Source: Candidatus Peribacteria bacterium
Lineage (GTDB): Bacteria > Patescibacteriota > Gracilibacteria > UBA1369 > UBA12463
Reading direction: 5' to 3'
Assembly (NCBI GenBank): GCA_943349045.1
Contig: CALQZC010000001.1
Coordinates: 1-58,950, forward strand
Length of the DNA stretch: 58,950 nucleotides
Part shown: in pieces, positions 1 to 9,372 of the stretch
Position numbering within the stretch: the first letter of the stretch is position 1
How the letters are laid out: the number at the start of each line of letters is the position of its first letter
Program-made: the position numbers and the translations under genes
The notes under the pieces: generated by a model
What the model was told of the DNA's origin: nothing
Seen by the model: only the letters and a program-made list of their open reading frames with translations
Database searches by the model: none

Positions 1-762
1 ATGTGGCGTCGCAAGTTTCTTGGACTTCTTCCAGAAGTGCACAAAAGAAAACTGTATGAACAAAAAGGATTCACCTCCGTGTTTCATTTTGCAAAAGTTA
101 TGGCAGGCGTGAGTGAAGAGCAAGTTTCTCGAGCACTAAACCTCGATCAAGCCTTTGAGCAAATGCCCGCCCTGAAAACGATCCTCAACAACGGCGAGGC
201 CAGCATGCATAAAATCGCAAGAATCGCCTCCATCGCAACTCCAGAAAATCAGGAAGAACTCGCGGAGATGGTGAAAATACTGCCGATGTCAGCGCTCAAA
301 ACATTTGTAAAAGATATTCGAGCAGAAGAAAGTGTGGTCGACCACAAGCCAGAAAATAATCAGCTATTTAAACAAGACACCCTGGAACTCGAGAGCGATA
401 TAACATCTGAGCTTCTGAAACTTCAGCAATCGGGTATTAACATCAATGAAATAATTCGAGAAGCGCTTATACAAAGAAAACAAACTATCGAACAAGAAAA
501 AGAAACGATCAGTAACGAGTGTCAGCCAACCAATTCTCGATACATCCCAGCCAGAACGAGAAAAATTCTCAAAAAAGAGTACGGCACCAAGTGCTCGATA
601 AAGACCTGCAACAAACCATCAGAAGAGCTCCATCACACACAACGTTTCTCCGTCGCAAAAACCCACGACCCAAAGTATCTCGCCCCGCTCTGTAAGGGAC
701 ATCACGTGCTCGCACATACCATGGATGTGAAGTATCACGAAAAACGCCAGATAACTTCGTAA
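1..762 (+). CDS. HNH-like (Zn-binding) endonuclease domain protein, 5'-truncated by the window edge; paralog of 37437..38282
   Basis: C-terminal C-x4-C...HH...LC-x2-HH-x3-H (CSIKTC..ELHH..LAPLCKGHHVLAH); aligns along its length with the 37437 protein (e.g. CQPT.SRYIPART.K.LKKEYGTKCSI). Confidence 0.75.
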   Translation: MWRRKFLGLLPEVHKRKLYEQKGFTSVFHFAKVMAGVSEEQVSRALNLDQAFEQMPALKTILNNGEASMHKIARIASIATPENQEELAEMVKILPMSALKTFVKDIRAEESVVDHKPENNQLFKQDTLELESDITSELLKLQQSGININEIIREALIQRKQTIEQEKETISNECQPTNSRYIPARTRKILKKEYGTKCSIKTCNKPSEELHHTQRFSVAKTHDPKYLAPLCKGHHVLAHTMDVKYHEKRQITS

Positions 763-821
763 GCAACTCGCCGAAACAACCTCTGGACTCCGCTCCAAAC
801 CCGCGGTAGTATTCCGGAGCT

Positions 822-1100
822 ATGGCAATCGTACCTGTACAACTCGGAGACATCTCGGAAGGCGAGACAACGCAGAAACCAGCGATGAAAATCGTCGTTG
901 ATCGCAAACTCTGCATCGGCGCCGCACCTTGTGTGGCGGTGGCACCAGGTGTCTTTCAACTCGACGAAGAAGAGGGCAAGGCCTACCTCGTCGACCCCGA
1001 CGCATCCGACGAAGAAACCATCATGATGGCTGCAGAAGCCTGTCCAGTGCTCGCAATCAAACTCTTCAAAGAGGCAAAACAGATCTACCCACAACAGTAG
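822..1100 (+). CDS. Single-cluster ferredoxin, probably [3Fe-4S]
   Basis: CIGAAPC...ACPVLAI; the second Cys of CxxCxxC is replaced by Ala. Confidence 0.85.
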   Translation: MAIVPVQLGDISEGETTQKPAMKIVVDRKLCIGAAPCVAVAPGVFQLDEEEGKAYLVDPDASDEETIMMAAEACPVLAIKLFKEAKQIYPQQ

Positions 1101-1175
1101 TCACCGAAAGTCAATTCAGACTCGTAACTCCCTCTTCACATTTCTCCGCAAGGGTGTATGCTTTTATGAACCTAC

Positions 1176-1223
1176 ATACTACATGTAGTGGCATAAAAAA
1201 TTGAACAACACTACATATTCGAA
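1176..1223 (+). promoter_or_regulatory. Tandem NrdR boxes upstream of the ribonucleotide reductase
   Basis: ATACTACATGTAGTGG (1176-1191) and ACACTACATATTCGAA (1208-1223), starts 32 bp apart; resemble the acaCwAtATaTwGtg consensus. Confidence 0.7.
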
Positions 1224-1410
1224 GAGCGGCAAGAAAATCGTAAGACATTCCATTGATAACGGAAACCCACCCACCTAAGATAAACCTTACAAGAAGGTAA
1301 CAAATTCTTAACTCAAATTTCTTGCGCGGACATACCTAGATGAGGATGTCACCGCATGTCATTGGTCTTCTTGTTCCGTTGCTTACCCTTCTCTTTTTAC
1401 CCCCACCCCT

Positions 1411-3699
1411 ATGGCACAGATACAAAGTATCAAAAAACGCGATGGCCGAGTCGCGGAGTTCAATCAATCGAAGATTGCTGAGGCAATCTGGAAGGCCGCT
1501 GAGTCCGTTGGGGGCTCCGACCGATCCATTGCTGACAAAATCGCCAATCAGGTCACTGCGGTGATCGAGGTTTTTTTCAAAGGCCCAGACGCGATTCCAA
1601 ACGTCGAGCAGATCCAGGATCTCGTTGAAAAAATACTCATCGAGGGTGGTCATGCAAAAACGGCAAAAGCCTACATCCTCTATAGAGCACGACAGGCCCA
1701 GGAGCGTGAACAGACAGAGTCGATTATTGGCAAGGGTAATGCCGATGAACGTCTCAACTTCTCAAACAACGCTCTCGAGGTTCTCAAGCGACGCTATCTT
1801 CTGAAGGATGAGGATGGAAACATTAAAGAAACTCCAAAGCAGCTCATCGAACGTATTGCCAATAATATCGCCCTCGCCGACAAAAACTATGGCGCCAGCG
1901 AAGAAGAGTACCAGGCCACCGCAAAAAAATTCTACGACGTCATGGCAAACCTCGAGTTCATGCCAAACACACCGACGATTATGAATGCAGGAACCGAAAT
2001 TCAGCAGCTCTCTGCCTGTTTCGTGCTACCAGTTCCAGACTCGATCGAGGGCATCTTCGACTCGCTCAAGTACCAGGCCATCATTCATAAATCAGGTGGT
2101 GGAACCGGTTTCGCCTTCTCACGACTCCGACCAGCCAACGATATGGTGAAGTCCACCGCGGGAGTTTCATCAGGTCCGGTCTCATTCATGAAAATCTTCG
2201 ACGCCGCAACACAGGAAATCAAACAGGGAGGCAAACGACGAGGGGCCAATATGGGGATCCTCCGAGTCGATCACCCGGATGTCCTCGACTTCATCGTCTG
2301 CAAAGCCGACATGAAAACCCTCACCAACTTCAATATCTCCGTAGCAATTACGGCGAAGTTTATGGAGGCGCTCAAGAAAGATACCACCTACGATCTCATT
2401 AACCCACGAACGAAAAACGCCTGTGGCCAACTTCGTGCTCGGGAAGTATTCAATCTTATTATTCAGAACGCATGGCTCAACGGCGACCCAGGTCTCGTCT
2501 TCATCGACAACATGAACGCCACCAACCCAGTTCCACACCTCGGTGATATCGAGGCAACGAACCCATGTGGCGAGCAGGATCTCCTCGCATTCGACTCATG
2601 CAACCTCGGCTCCATCGCCGTCAACCGATTCGTCACCGCCGACAAAAAAGATTTTGATTGGAACCGTCTCAAAGAAGCCGTCTACACCACGACCCAGTTC
2701 CTCGACAACGTTATCGACATGAACAGCTATCCGATTCCACAGATTGCCGAGATGTCAAAAAACACTCGACGCATCGGTCTCGGTGTCATGGGCTTCGCCG
2801 ACGCACTCTACCAGATGATGATTCCATACGACGCAGAAGAAGGCCTCGCAAAAGGCGAACAGCTGATGAAATTCATCCGTGATATGTCGATCGAAAAATC
2901 GATCGAGCTCGCAAAGGTTCGTGGAACATTCGGCGCCTACAAAGGCTCAACGTGGGAGAAAAAGGGCATCAAGATCCGAAACTCCTACACGACCACCGTC
3001 GCTCCAACCGGAACAATCGGTATGATCGCTGAGGCAAGTGGTGGTCTCGAACCGAACTTCGCCATCTGTTTCATCAAGAACGTCATGGACGGAACCGAGC
3101 TCATCTATACCAATAGCTACTTTGAAGAAATCGCGAAGGAACGGGGATTCTACTCGAAAGAGCTCATGGCAGAAATTGCCAAGATTGGAACCGTCCAAGG
3201 ATTTACGGAAGAAATTCCAGAAGACGTTCGACGAGTCTTCGTCACCGCTCAGGATATCTCTCCAGAAAATCATATCCGTATGCAGGCCGCCTTCCAGAGA
3301 CACGTCTGCGCATCAGTTTCAAAGACGATCAACTTCCCACACTCTGCCTCAATGCAGGATGTCGAAAAGGCCTACATTCTCGCCTACGATCTCAACTGCA
3401 AGGGTGTCACAATCTACCGAGACGGCTCACGAGACGCTCAGGTCCTGAACATTGGAAAGGTCAGACGAAGCGCAGCGGAGTCCGTTCCCGTTCTCTCCCC
3501 CGCACCCGCACCCCTTATAGAAAAGCGAGTCGCCGAGTTCATCCTTCCTCCAGTACGCGAACACCAGAAGGTTGAGAAAATGAAGTCAAAGCATGAACTG
3601 ATCGCTGACAAAGAGTGCCCAGAGTGCCAAGGCCAGGTTCAAATCGCCGAAGGCTGTATGCTCTGCCTCAGCTGTGGCTTTTCAGCTTGCAGCGTATAG
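1411..3699 (+). CDS. nrdJ: Class II adenosylcobalamin-dependent ribonucleotide reductase with N-terminal ATP-cone
   Basis: ATP-cone (IKKRDGR..FNQSKI), PNTPTIMNAG, LSACFV, GGKRRGANM, TNPCGEQ, APTGTI, C-terminal CPEC...EGCMLCLSCGFSAC. Confidence 0.93.
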   Translation: MAQIQSIKKRDGRVAEFNQSKIAEAIWKAAESVGGSDRSIADKIANQVTAVIEVFFKGPDAIPNVEQIQDLVEKILIEGGHAKTAKAYILYRARQAQEREQTESIIGKGNADERLNFSNNALEVLKRRYLLKDEDGNIKETPKQLIERIANNIALADKNYGASEEEYQATAKKFYDVMANLEFMPNTPTIMNAGTEIQQLSACFVLPVPDSIEGIFDSLKYQAIIHKSGGGTGFAFSRLRPANDMVKSTAGVSSGPVSFMKIFDAATQEIKQGGKRRGANMGILRVDHPDVLDFIVCKADMKTLTNFNISVAITAKFMEALKKDTTYDLINPRTKNACGQLRAREVFNLIIQNAWLNGDPGLVFIDNMNATNPVPHLGDIEATNPCGEQDLLAFDSCNLGSIAVNRFVTADKKDFDWNRLKEAVYTTTQFLDNVIDMNSYPIPQIAEMSKNTRRIGLGVMGFADALYQMMIPYDAEEGLAKGEQLMKFIRDMSIEKSIELAKVRGTFGAYKGSTWEKKGIKIRNSYTTTVAPTGTIGMIAEASGGLEPNFAICFIKNVMDGTELIYTNSYFEEIAKERGFYSKELMAEIAKIGTVQGFTEEIPEDVRRVFVTAQDISPENHIRMQAAFQRHVCASVSKTINFPHSASMQDVEKAYILAYDLNCKGVTIYRDGSRDAQVLNIGKVRRSAAESVPVLSPAPAPLIEKRVAEFILPPVREHQKVEKMKSKHELIADKECPECQGQVQIAEGCMLCLSCGFSACSV

Positions 3700-3709
3700 C
3701 ACCAAACCC

Positions 3710-3737
3710 TTGCATTTTCTAGAAAACATGATACAAT
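3710..3737 (+). promoter_or_regulatory. Putative sigma70 promoter for the 843-aa orphan
   Basis: TTGCAT-16 bp-TACAAT with extended -10 TG. Confidence 0.5.
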
Positions 3738-3767
3738 AACAAACCTCGGGCATAAAACTCGAGTATT

Positions 3768-6299
3768 ATGGCCCGAAACGCACCCTCAAAATTAGGAGAA
3801 GAAGACGATCTGTCCCCAGCAGACAAGCAGATTGAAGATCTCGAAAATCGAAAAAAAGACGCTGATACCGTCCTCCATGAAAATAAAGCCTTCCAGGGCA
3901 TCTACGCTGATGCCCGGAAGCAGCTTCAGAAAAATGGTACCGCCCTCAGTGAAAAAGAGCGTAAGGATTTTGAGGACAAGCTCGTGATCGCCAATCAGGA
4001 TCGCGACCCAAAAAAAATTGCCGCCATTCAGAAACACATCGACGATACCATCAGCGAAACGCACAAACTCACCGCAGAGTACTTCGCCGGTCTCGACAAA
4101 AACAAGGAGCTCTTTGGAAAAGATACCGCGCGTCGCCTCGACACGCTTCAGGAGTATAAGGACGAGTTCGGAAAACAGACGATCGACAAGAAACGTGAGT
4201 GGCACGGAAAACTGGGTGAGGAGGTCAAGTCGCTGAAAGAAATTCGGGACCAGTTGGTCAAGACGATTGGAAGTGGCAAAGAGGCCGAGGGATATATGGA
4301 GCAGTTCAACAAACTTCGACGCACGGAGAAAAAGGACTATCTCAAAGAGGTAAAGACAAGTGTTGAGGGCTTCAAAAAAGCCGTCGACGCATTCAAGAAA
4401 TCGGGCCTCTACAGCGATGAGGAGCTCAAGGATATGAGCGTCCGCTTCCGCGAGGCACCACTCGACAAGCAGAAGAAATTGCTGGCCGAATATGAAGAGG
4501 ATGCCAAGAGTGATTCGATCAAATCCGTACAGACGACCTTCAAAAAATTCTCACCAGAAACCCAGAAGCGCTACGAAGAGACGCTCAAAAAAGCACGAGG
4601 CCTCAAGGCAAAAAAGGAGGTCATCGAGCAGATGAAACAGGGTCTTCGCGACAAGCTCATCAAGATGACGCAGGACTCCAAGTATCAGAGTACCGAAGAA
4701 AAAAGCCAGGTGCTCAGCATTGAAAAAGAAGATCGACCCGAGATGCTCGAGATGTTCGTGAAGGGATTTCCAGCGGCAGAAAAGAAACTCATGGAGTTCG
4801 CAAAGGTCTATGAATCGATGCCAGTGAACGTTCAGGCACAATATGACTTCAAAAACTCGCACTACGGTGACAAGGAAAAGATCGCCGAAGACTGTAAGAA
4901 GCATGGCGAAAAAATTAAGCAGTGGAATAAAAAGCTCGAGGATAAGGTAAAGGCCAGACATATCAGCGAGGCGAGTGCCGAGAAATACAAGCCGCGATTT
5001 GAGAAGCTCAGCCTGAGAGACAAAGATGCCACACTCAGACAATCAACGCTTGATGATCCACGTCGCGCAAAAGTTCTGCAGCGCTTCGAGAATGAAAACA
5101 TCATTCCAAAAGAGATGCAGGAGAAGCACAAACAGTTCTACAACATGCGACTCGAAGATCGACTCAAGCTCGTCGACGAACTCGAGAAGGGTATCGAAAA
5201 GACCGATATGATCAAGCATGACTGGAGCGCAAAACTCAACGATCTCGTCGAGCGACACCTCCTCTCGCCAGAAAGCGTCGACTCGTATCAAAAGTGGTTC
5301 TCTGAACTCGAGAACCCAAAGGAGATGGAAAAGGCGCTGGAAAAATCAGACATCGACAATCCACAACGAGAAAAAGTACTGGAGACCTTCCAGAAACTGC
5401 CCGATGACGTACGAGCCAAGCATGAAAATATGTTTTACCAGCAAGATCTCACTGGTCGTATTGAGACCCTTCGTACCCTCCTTCCAGACGGTGGCGCACA
5501 ACTCGAACTTGCGCTCTCAAGCATGGCAGAGGCTCAGAAGTTAACCGAAAACCTGGAGAATCACACGAAACTTCAAACCTATCGCGACCTCGCAAACGAC
5601 TTCAAAAAAGATGGAAATCGCAAGGCGGAGATCGAGATTCGAGGAAAAATTGCGGAGATTGAAGAAGATGATGAAGCAAACAACGAGCGACTCGAAGAGC
5701 TGAAGATGCTCGAAAATCCGGACAGCCAGTTTATTGGAAATATGCTGACGCAGGTTCGGGATCAGGCAGGTATGCAGGATGAACTCATGGCGAACAAAAT
5801 CATGTTTGAGATCGCCGATCGTGCACACGCGCATGAGATTCACAGTAAGCGACGAGGGATGGAATCCCGAGTCGCGGCCAATGATAATGTGGAGTATGCA
5901 AACTTATCGGAAGCCATATATGAGCACAGCGAAGGTGAAAAAATGCTCGATGCAGAAACAGGAAAAGCAATCGACATGCAGGTCTTTGACGAGGCAGACA
6001 TGCTCCAGAATCACAACGTCGCCAGCATCCAGAAACACCGAAACCGTTTCAAGGCCGATGGCGAGCGAATGACCGATACACCTTCACGTCTGGGCCAGTA
6101 TGGCGTTCGGGACAAGTCAGGCAAGGAGCTCGTGGGCGATGAACTCGTCAGGTACAAGATAGAAAACGCCACCAAGCTCGCGGAAAAAATTCTCAGTATT
6201 GGTTCAAAAGGCCAGATTAAGGGCAAACCAAGTCCCGAGGCCGTCGCCGAAGTTCTCAAGGCGATGGACGAAAACGAAGGTCTACGGCTCGCCGCCTAA
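3768..6299 (+). CDS. Large K/E-rich helical hypothetical protein with ~100-aa internal repeats and a C-terminal LRLAA
   Basis: 843-aa ORF, charged and helical, no TM or signal peptide; no family recognised. Confidence 0.8.
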   Translation: MARNAPSKLGEEDDLSPADKQIEDLENRKKDADTVLHENKAFQGIYADARKQLQKNGTALSEKERKDFEDKLVIANQDRDPKKIAAIQKHIDDTISETHKLTAEYFAGLDKNKELFGKDTARRLDTLQEYKDEFGKQTIDKKREWHGKLGEEVKSLKEIRDQLVKTIGSGKEAEGYMEQFNKLRRTEKKDYLKEVKTSVEGFKKAVDAFKKSGLYSDEELKDMSVRFREAPLDKQKKLLAEYEEDAKSDSIKSVQTTFKKFSPETQKRYEETLKKARGLKAKKEVIEQMKQGLRDKLIKMTQDSKYQSTEEKSQVLSIEKEDRPEMLEMFVKGFPAAEKKLMEFAKVYESMPVNVQAQYDFKNSHYGDKEKIAEDCKKHGEKIKQWNKKLEDKVKARHISEASAEKYKPRFEKLSLRDKDATLRQSTLDDPRRAKVLQRFENENIIPKEMQEKHKQFYNMRLEDRLKLVDELEKGIEKTDMIKHDWSAKLNDLVERHLLSPESVDSYQKWFSELENPKEMEKALEKSDIDNPQREKVLETFQKLPDDVRAKHENMFYQQDLTGRIETLRTLLPDGGAQLELALSSMAEAQKLTENLENHTKLQTYRDLANDFKKDGNRKAEIEIRGKIAEIEEDDEANNERLEELKMLENPDSQFIGNMLTQVRDQAGMQDELMANKIMFEIADRAHAHEIHSKRRGMESRVAANDNVEYANLSEAIYEHSEGEKMLDAETGKAIDMQVFDEADMLQNHNVASIQKHRNRFKADGERMTDTPSRLGQYGVRDKSGKELVGDELVRYKIENATKLAEKILSIGSKGQIKGKPSPEAVAEVLKAMDENEGLRLAA

Positions 6300-7680
6300 A
6301 GTCCCAGCATGTTATCAAAACCGCATAGTACGCCACCGCGACAAGGCCGCTCATTGATGGTACCTGAACCACAGCAAACGGCAGATGTGCAAACAGGTGG
6401 ATACCCTGGAAATAGAGGTCAATGAGGATGGAGCCGAGCCGCCCGATGAGGGCGGCGAGGGGAAAGAATATCCAGCTCATGAAAAATACCGACACACCCA
6501 GAATCATAAAAAAGGGAATAAACGGCACAAAGACAATATTCGTCACGAGTCCAATAAGCGAAAACTGCTCGAACGAAAACAGCACTGGTAAGGTACAGAG
6601 ATAGACCGCAAGGGTTGAGAAAAATGCCAAAAAAATAAAGTTTTTTCCCGTGTAGAGGAGTGGTGCCACATACGAAACCCCAATCGTCGCCAAAAACGAA
6701 AGTTGGAATCCGCGATCCTCAAGTAAAACTGTAGGATCATAGAGCACCATAAAAAATCCACTCCAGAGAATCGCCAGAAAAAGGCCTCGCTTGCGACCCG
6801 ACACCAACGCAAAAACCGTAAGAAAACCCATCAGCGCCGCCCTCACCGCCGAGGCACTCGCCCCGACAAACAGCACAAAGATCACCAAAAAGATCGTCAT
6901 AGGAATGAGCTTATGGCGGCGCGACACCCGTGCCCAAGTCATCACAAACATCAATACCTGCAGCACCAACGCCACATTGTACCCCGACACGGCCACAATA
7001 TGCGTCAGCCCCGTTGCCCGCACATCCTGCGAGACTTCCCGACTCAGCCCCCGAGTTCCGCCCGCGATAATTCCCACGAGAAACCCACCCACACTCCCCG
7101 GAAACAGCCGCTGCATCTGCTCAACCACAGCCTTCCGCGCATCAAAAATCACCCCCAGCACCCCATCCGGATCACGCACCGCCACGACAACAGGCCGATC
7201 AATAAAGACGCTTCCCGTCTCAAAACTCTGCTCATCAACCACCACCCTCCCCTTGGCGATCATGAGCTGGCCCCGCCAATACTCCGGGTATCGTGCGACC
7301 TTCATCCGCACCTCCCCACCCCGCGCATCATCCCAGATCGTCACAAAACTCGCCGTCTCACGCATCACCGGGTCGTTCACAATTTCACCACTCACCACCA
7401 CCTGCCCCTCTCCCACAAACGATCTCACAAAATCCTGCCGCTCTTCATACACATAATCCGCACGCATCCATCCACCACCGAACAACACCAGGCACACCAC
7501 GAAACTCAACCACGAAACCCGCTCCCCGCGAGCTCTAGCAAGAGTTTCCCTTGGGGACTCCCGAAAAACCCAGTATCCACAGCCAAAAACCGCAATCACC
7601 GAAAACCAAGCATGACCAGCGCCGCCCACGACGCCACACAAAAAAGATAGGAGTACAAGTTCAAGATGTATCTTGCTCAT
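6256..7680 (-). CDS. comEC: ComEC/Rec2 competence DNA-uptake channel without metallo-beta-lactamase domain
   Basis: TGLTHIVAVSGYNV, SAVRAALM, GFQLSFLAT motifs; many TM segments. Confidence 0.9.
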   Translation of the reverse strand: MSKIHLELVLLSFLCGVVGGAGHAWFSVIAVFGCGYWVFRESPRETLARARGERVSWLSFVVCLVLFGGGWMRADYVYEERQDFVRSFVGEGQVVVSGEIVNDPVMRETASFVTIWDDARGGEVRMKVARYPEYWRGQLMIAKGRVVVDEQSFETGSVFIDRPVVVAVRDPDGVLGVIFDARKAVVEQMQRLFPGSVGGFLVGIIAGGTRGLSREVSQDVRATGLTHIVAVSGYNVALVLQVLMFVMTWARVSRRHKLIPMTIFLVIFVLFVGASASAVRAALMGFLTVFALVSGRKRGLFLAILWSGFFMVLYDPTVLLEDRGFQLSFLATIGVSYVAPLLYTGKNFIFLAFFSTLAVYLCTLPVLFSFEQFSLIGLVTNIVFVPFIPFFMILGVSVFFMSWIFFPLAALIGRLGSILIDLYFQGIHLFAHLPFAVVQVPSMSGLVAVAYYAVLITCWDFRRRAVDLRFRPSP

Positions 7681-7734
7681 ACCCCTACCCTATCAATTCC
7701 ATCTAACATCCATATAAAATTTTCCTTACATCAC

Positions 7735-8748
7735 CTACTTTTTTATCTTTTCGCCCGTGGAAGGATCCTTCCCTGCTTCAACCGGATCCTGTAGCTCAGG
7801 CATACCTCCCATCATACTTCCGAGCATTCCGAAGAGGTCAAACTCCTCAGCAACAGCCGGCTCTTTCACAACCACGACTTTTCCAAAATTAAAGTAGGTA
7901 AGATCAATAGTTGCCGAACCCTTACCAACTGATTTACCCGCGTCTCCAATCAGCTTATTGAGTTTGAAATCAAGTTTTACCTGATTCAATGTCTGCGTAT
8001 CCATTGTGATCCAATAATCGATATCGACCGTCGCATTGGCAAAGGACTCATTGAGATCCTGTTTCTCCTGTGCCGTCATCTCATTTCCCTGCTCAGCAAG
8101 ATACTTTTCAAGCTCAGCCTTCACCTTCACACGGTCAATCTGCGCACGATAGTGGTAGCTTTTCAAACCACGAATCGCATCAACGCCTTTGTAGGAAATA
8201 TCAGTAAGATAGAGAGCCGCATCTTTCATCGCCTGCTGAATTTTGGCGGTATAAGGGACGCCGGCCGCACCAGAAAGCTCGTCGGCATAATTTTCCGGAA
8301 GGGGAATTTTCCACCACTTGCCAATGACACCAGAAACCATCTCCTGAGGAATTTCCTTTCCACTCAATACCTGAAGAGCCACAAAAAGATTCTTCTGATT
8401 TCCTCGAATTTCAGCACCAAAATCATATTTATCCTGATTCATGATTAAACTTGCAGTAATCAATGAGTTAACATCAAATGTCTTCTTCGTAAGATCCGAG
8501 CTTGAATCTCCAGTCATTTTCATATCAAATCGAATATTTTGTGCCTTGCCAGTCTCATCTTTTCCGTTCAAATGAAGATTCATCTTCGTTTCAGACTCAT
8601 GTGATGGAGCGGCCATAAGGTTCGAAGCACCCGCCTGAAGCATCGCAACTGCCTCCATCGGAGGTTTCGGAGCGAACCAAGCGCAACCAGAAGAAAGTGC
8701 CAACACCCCAACTAAACTCAAACCCGCTATCTGTCGATTAAAAGACAT
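7735..8748 (-). CDS. Hypothetical lipoprotein
   Basis: Signal peptide with lipobox-like LSSG-C; beta-rich body. Confidence 0.7.
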   Translation of the reverse strand: MSFNRQIAGLSLVGVLALSSGCAWFAPKPPMEAVAMLQAGASNLMAAPSHESETKMNLHLNGKDETGKAQNIRFDMKMTGDSSSDLTKKTFDVNSLITASLIMNQDKYDFGAEIRGNQKNLFVALQVLSGKEIPQEMVSGVIGKWWKIPLPENYADELSGAAGVPYTAKIQQAMKDAALYLTDISYKGVDAIRGLKSYHYRAQIDRVKVKAELEKYLAEQGNEMTAQEKQDLNESFANATVDIDYWITMDTQTLNQVKLDFKLNKLIGDAGKSVGKGSATIDLTYFNFGKVVVVKEPAVAEEFDLFGMLGSMMGGMPELQDPVEAGKDPSTGEKIKK

Positions 8749-8830
8749 ACAACATATTTAAAAAATATAGCTTCACCATGGTATCATGTATACTTGCCCA
8801 TGCAAAGCACTACCTATTTACAACATTTCT

Positions 8831-9277
8831 ATGGATCTCAAAGAACGCATTCAACAAGATCTCATCACCGCCATGAAGGCAAAAAACGAGGTTGCAACCT
8901 CCGCAATCCGTCTCCTGAAAACCGCCATCATGCGCTTCGAAACCACGGGTGATAAAAAAATCGCCACCGACGCCGATATCATTCAGCTCGCTGGAAAAGA
9001 GCTCAAACAGCGCCGCGACTCCATCGAGCAGTTCGAAAAAGGTGGCCGCCCAGAACTCGCCGCCAGAGAAAAAGAAGAAATCACCGTCCTCGAAACCTAC
9101 CTCCCAACCCAACTCTCCGAAGATGAGGTCCGCACGATCGTGAAAGAGGTCATCGCCTCAACCGGTGCATCCGGAAAATCAGACCTCGGAAAAGTCATGG
9201 GCGCCCTCATGCCAAAAACAAAAGGCAAAGCCGACGGCGGCATGGTCAACCGCATCGTCCAAGAATTGCTCAGCTAA
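8831..9277 (+). CDS. GatB/YqeY domain protein
   Basis: LKERIQQDLITAMKAK, KQRRDSIEQFEKGGR, YLPTQLS, GKVMG, KADGG; start moved to ATG 8831. Confidence 0.9.
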   Translation: MDLKERIQQDLITAMKAKNEVATSAIRLLKTAIMRFETTGDKKIATDADIIQLAGKELKQRRDSIEQFEKGGRPELAAREKEEITVLETYLPTQLSEDEVRTIVKEVIASTGASGKSDLGKVMGALMPKTKGKADGGMVNRIVQELLS

Positions 9278-9372
9278 AAAAGTTACACACCCACGGATCC
9301 ATCCCGAATATCAACAATTCCACGATCAGACGGAGGTGCTTCCGGTGTTCCAAGGGTATGAACCGCGGCAAG

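Noticed and set aside
1101..1410. Cobalamin riboswitch upstream of nrdJ
   Set aside because: No recognisable B12-box or core motifs by eye; NrdR boxes explain the region. A cmsearch would settle it.
6240..6310. tmRNA gene
   Set aside because: The tag-like peptide is the end of a long ORF, with no tRNA-like ends around it.
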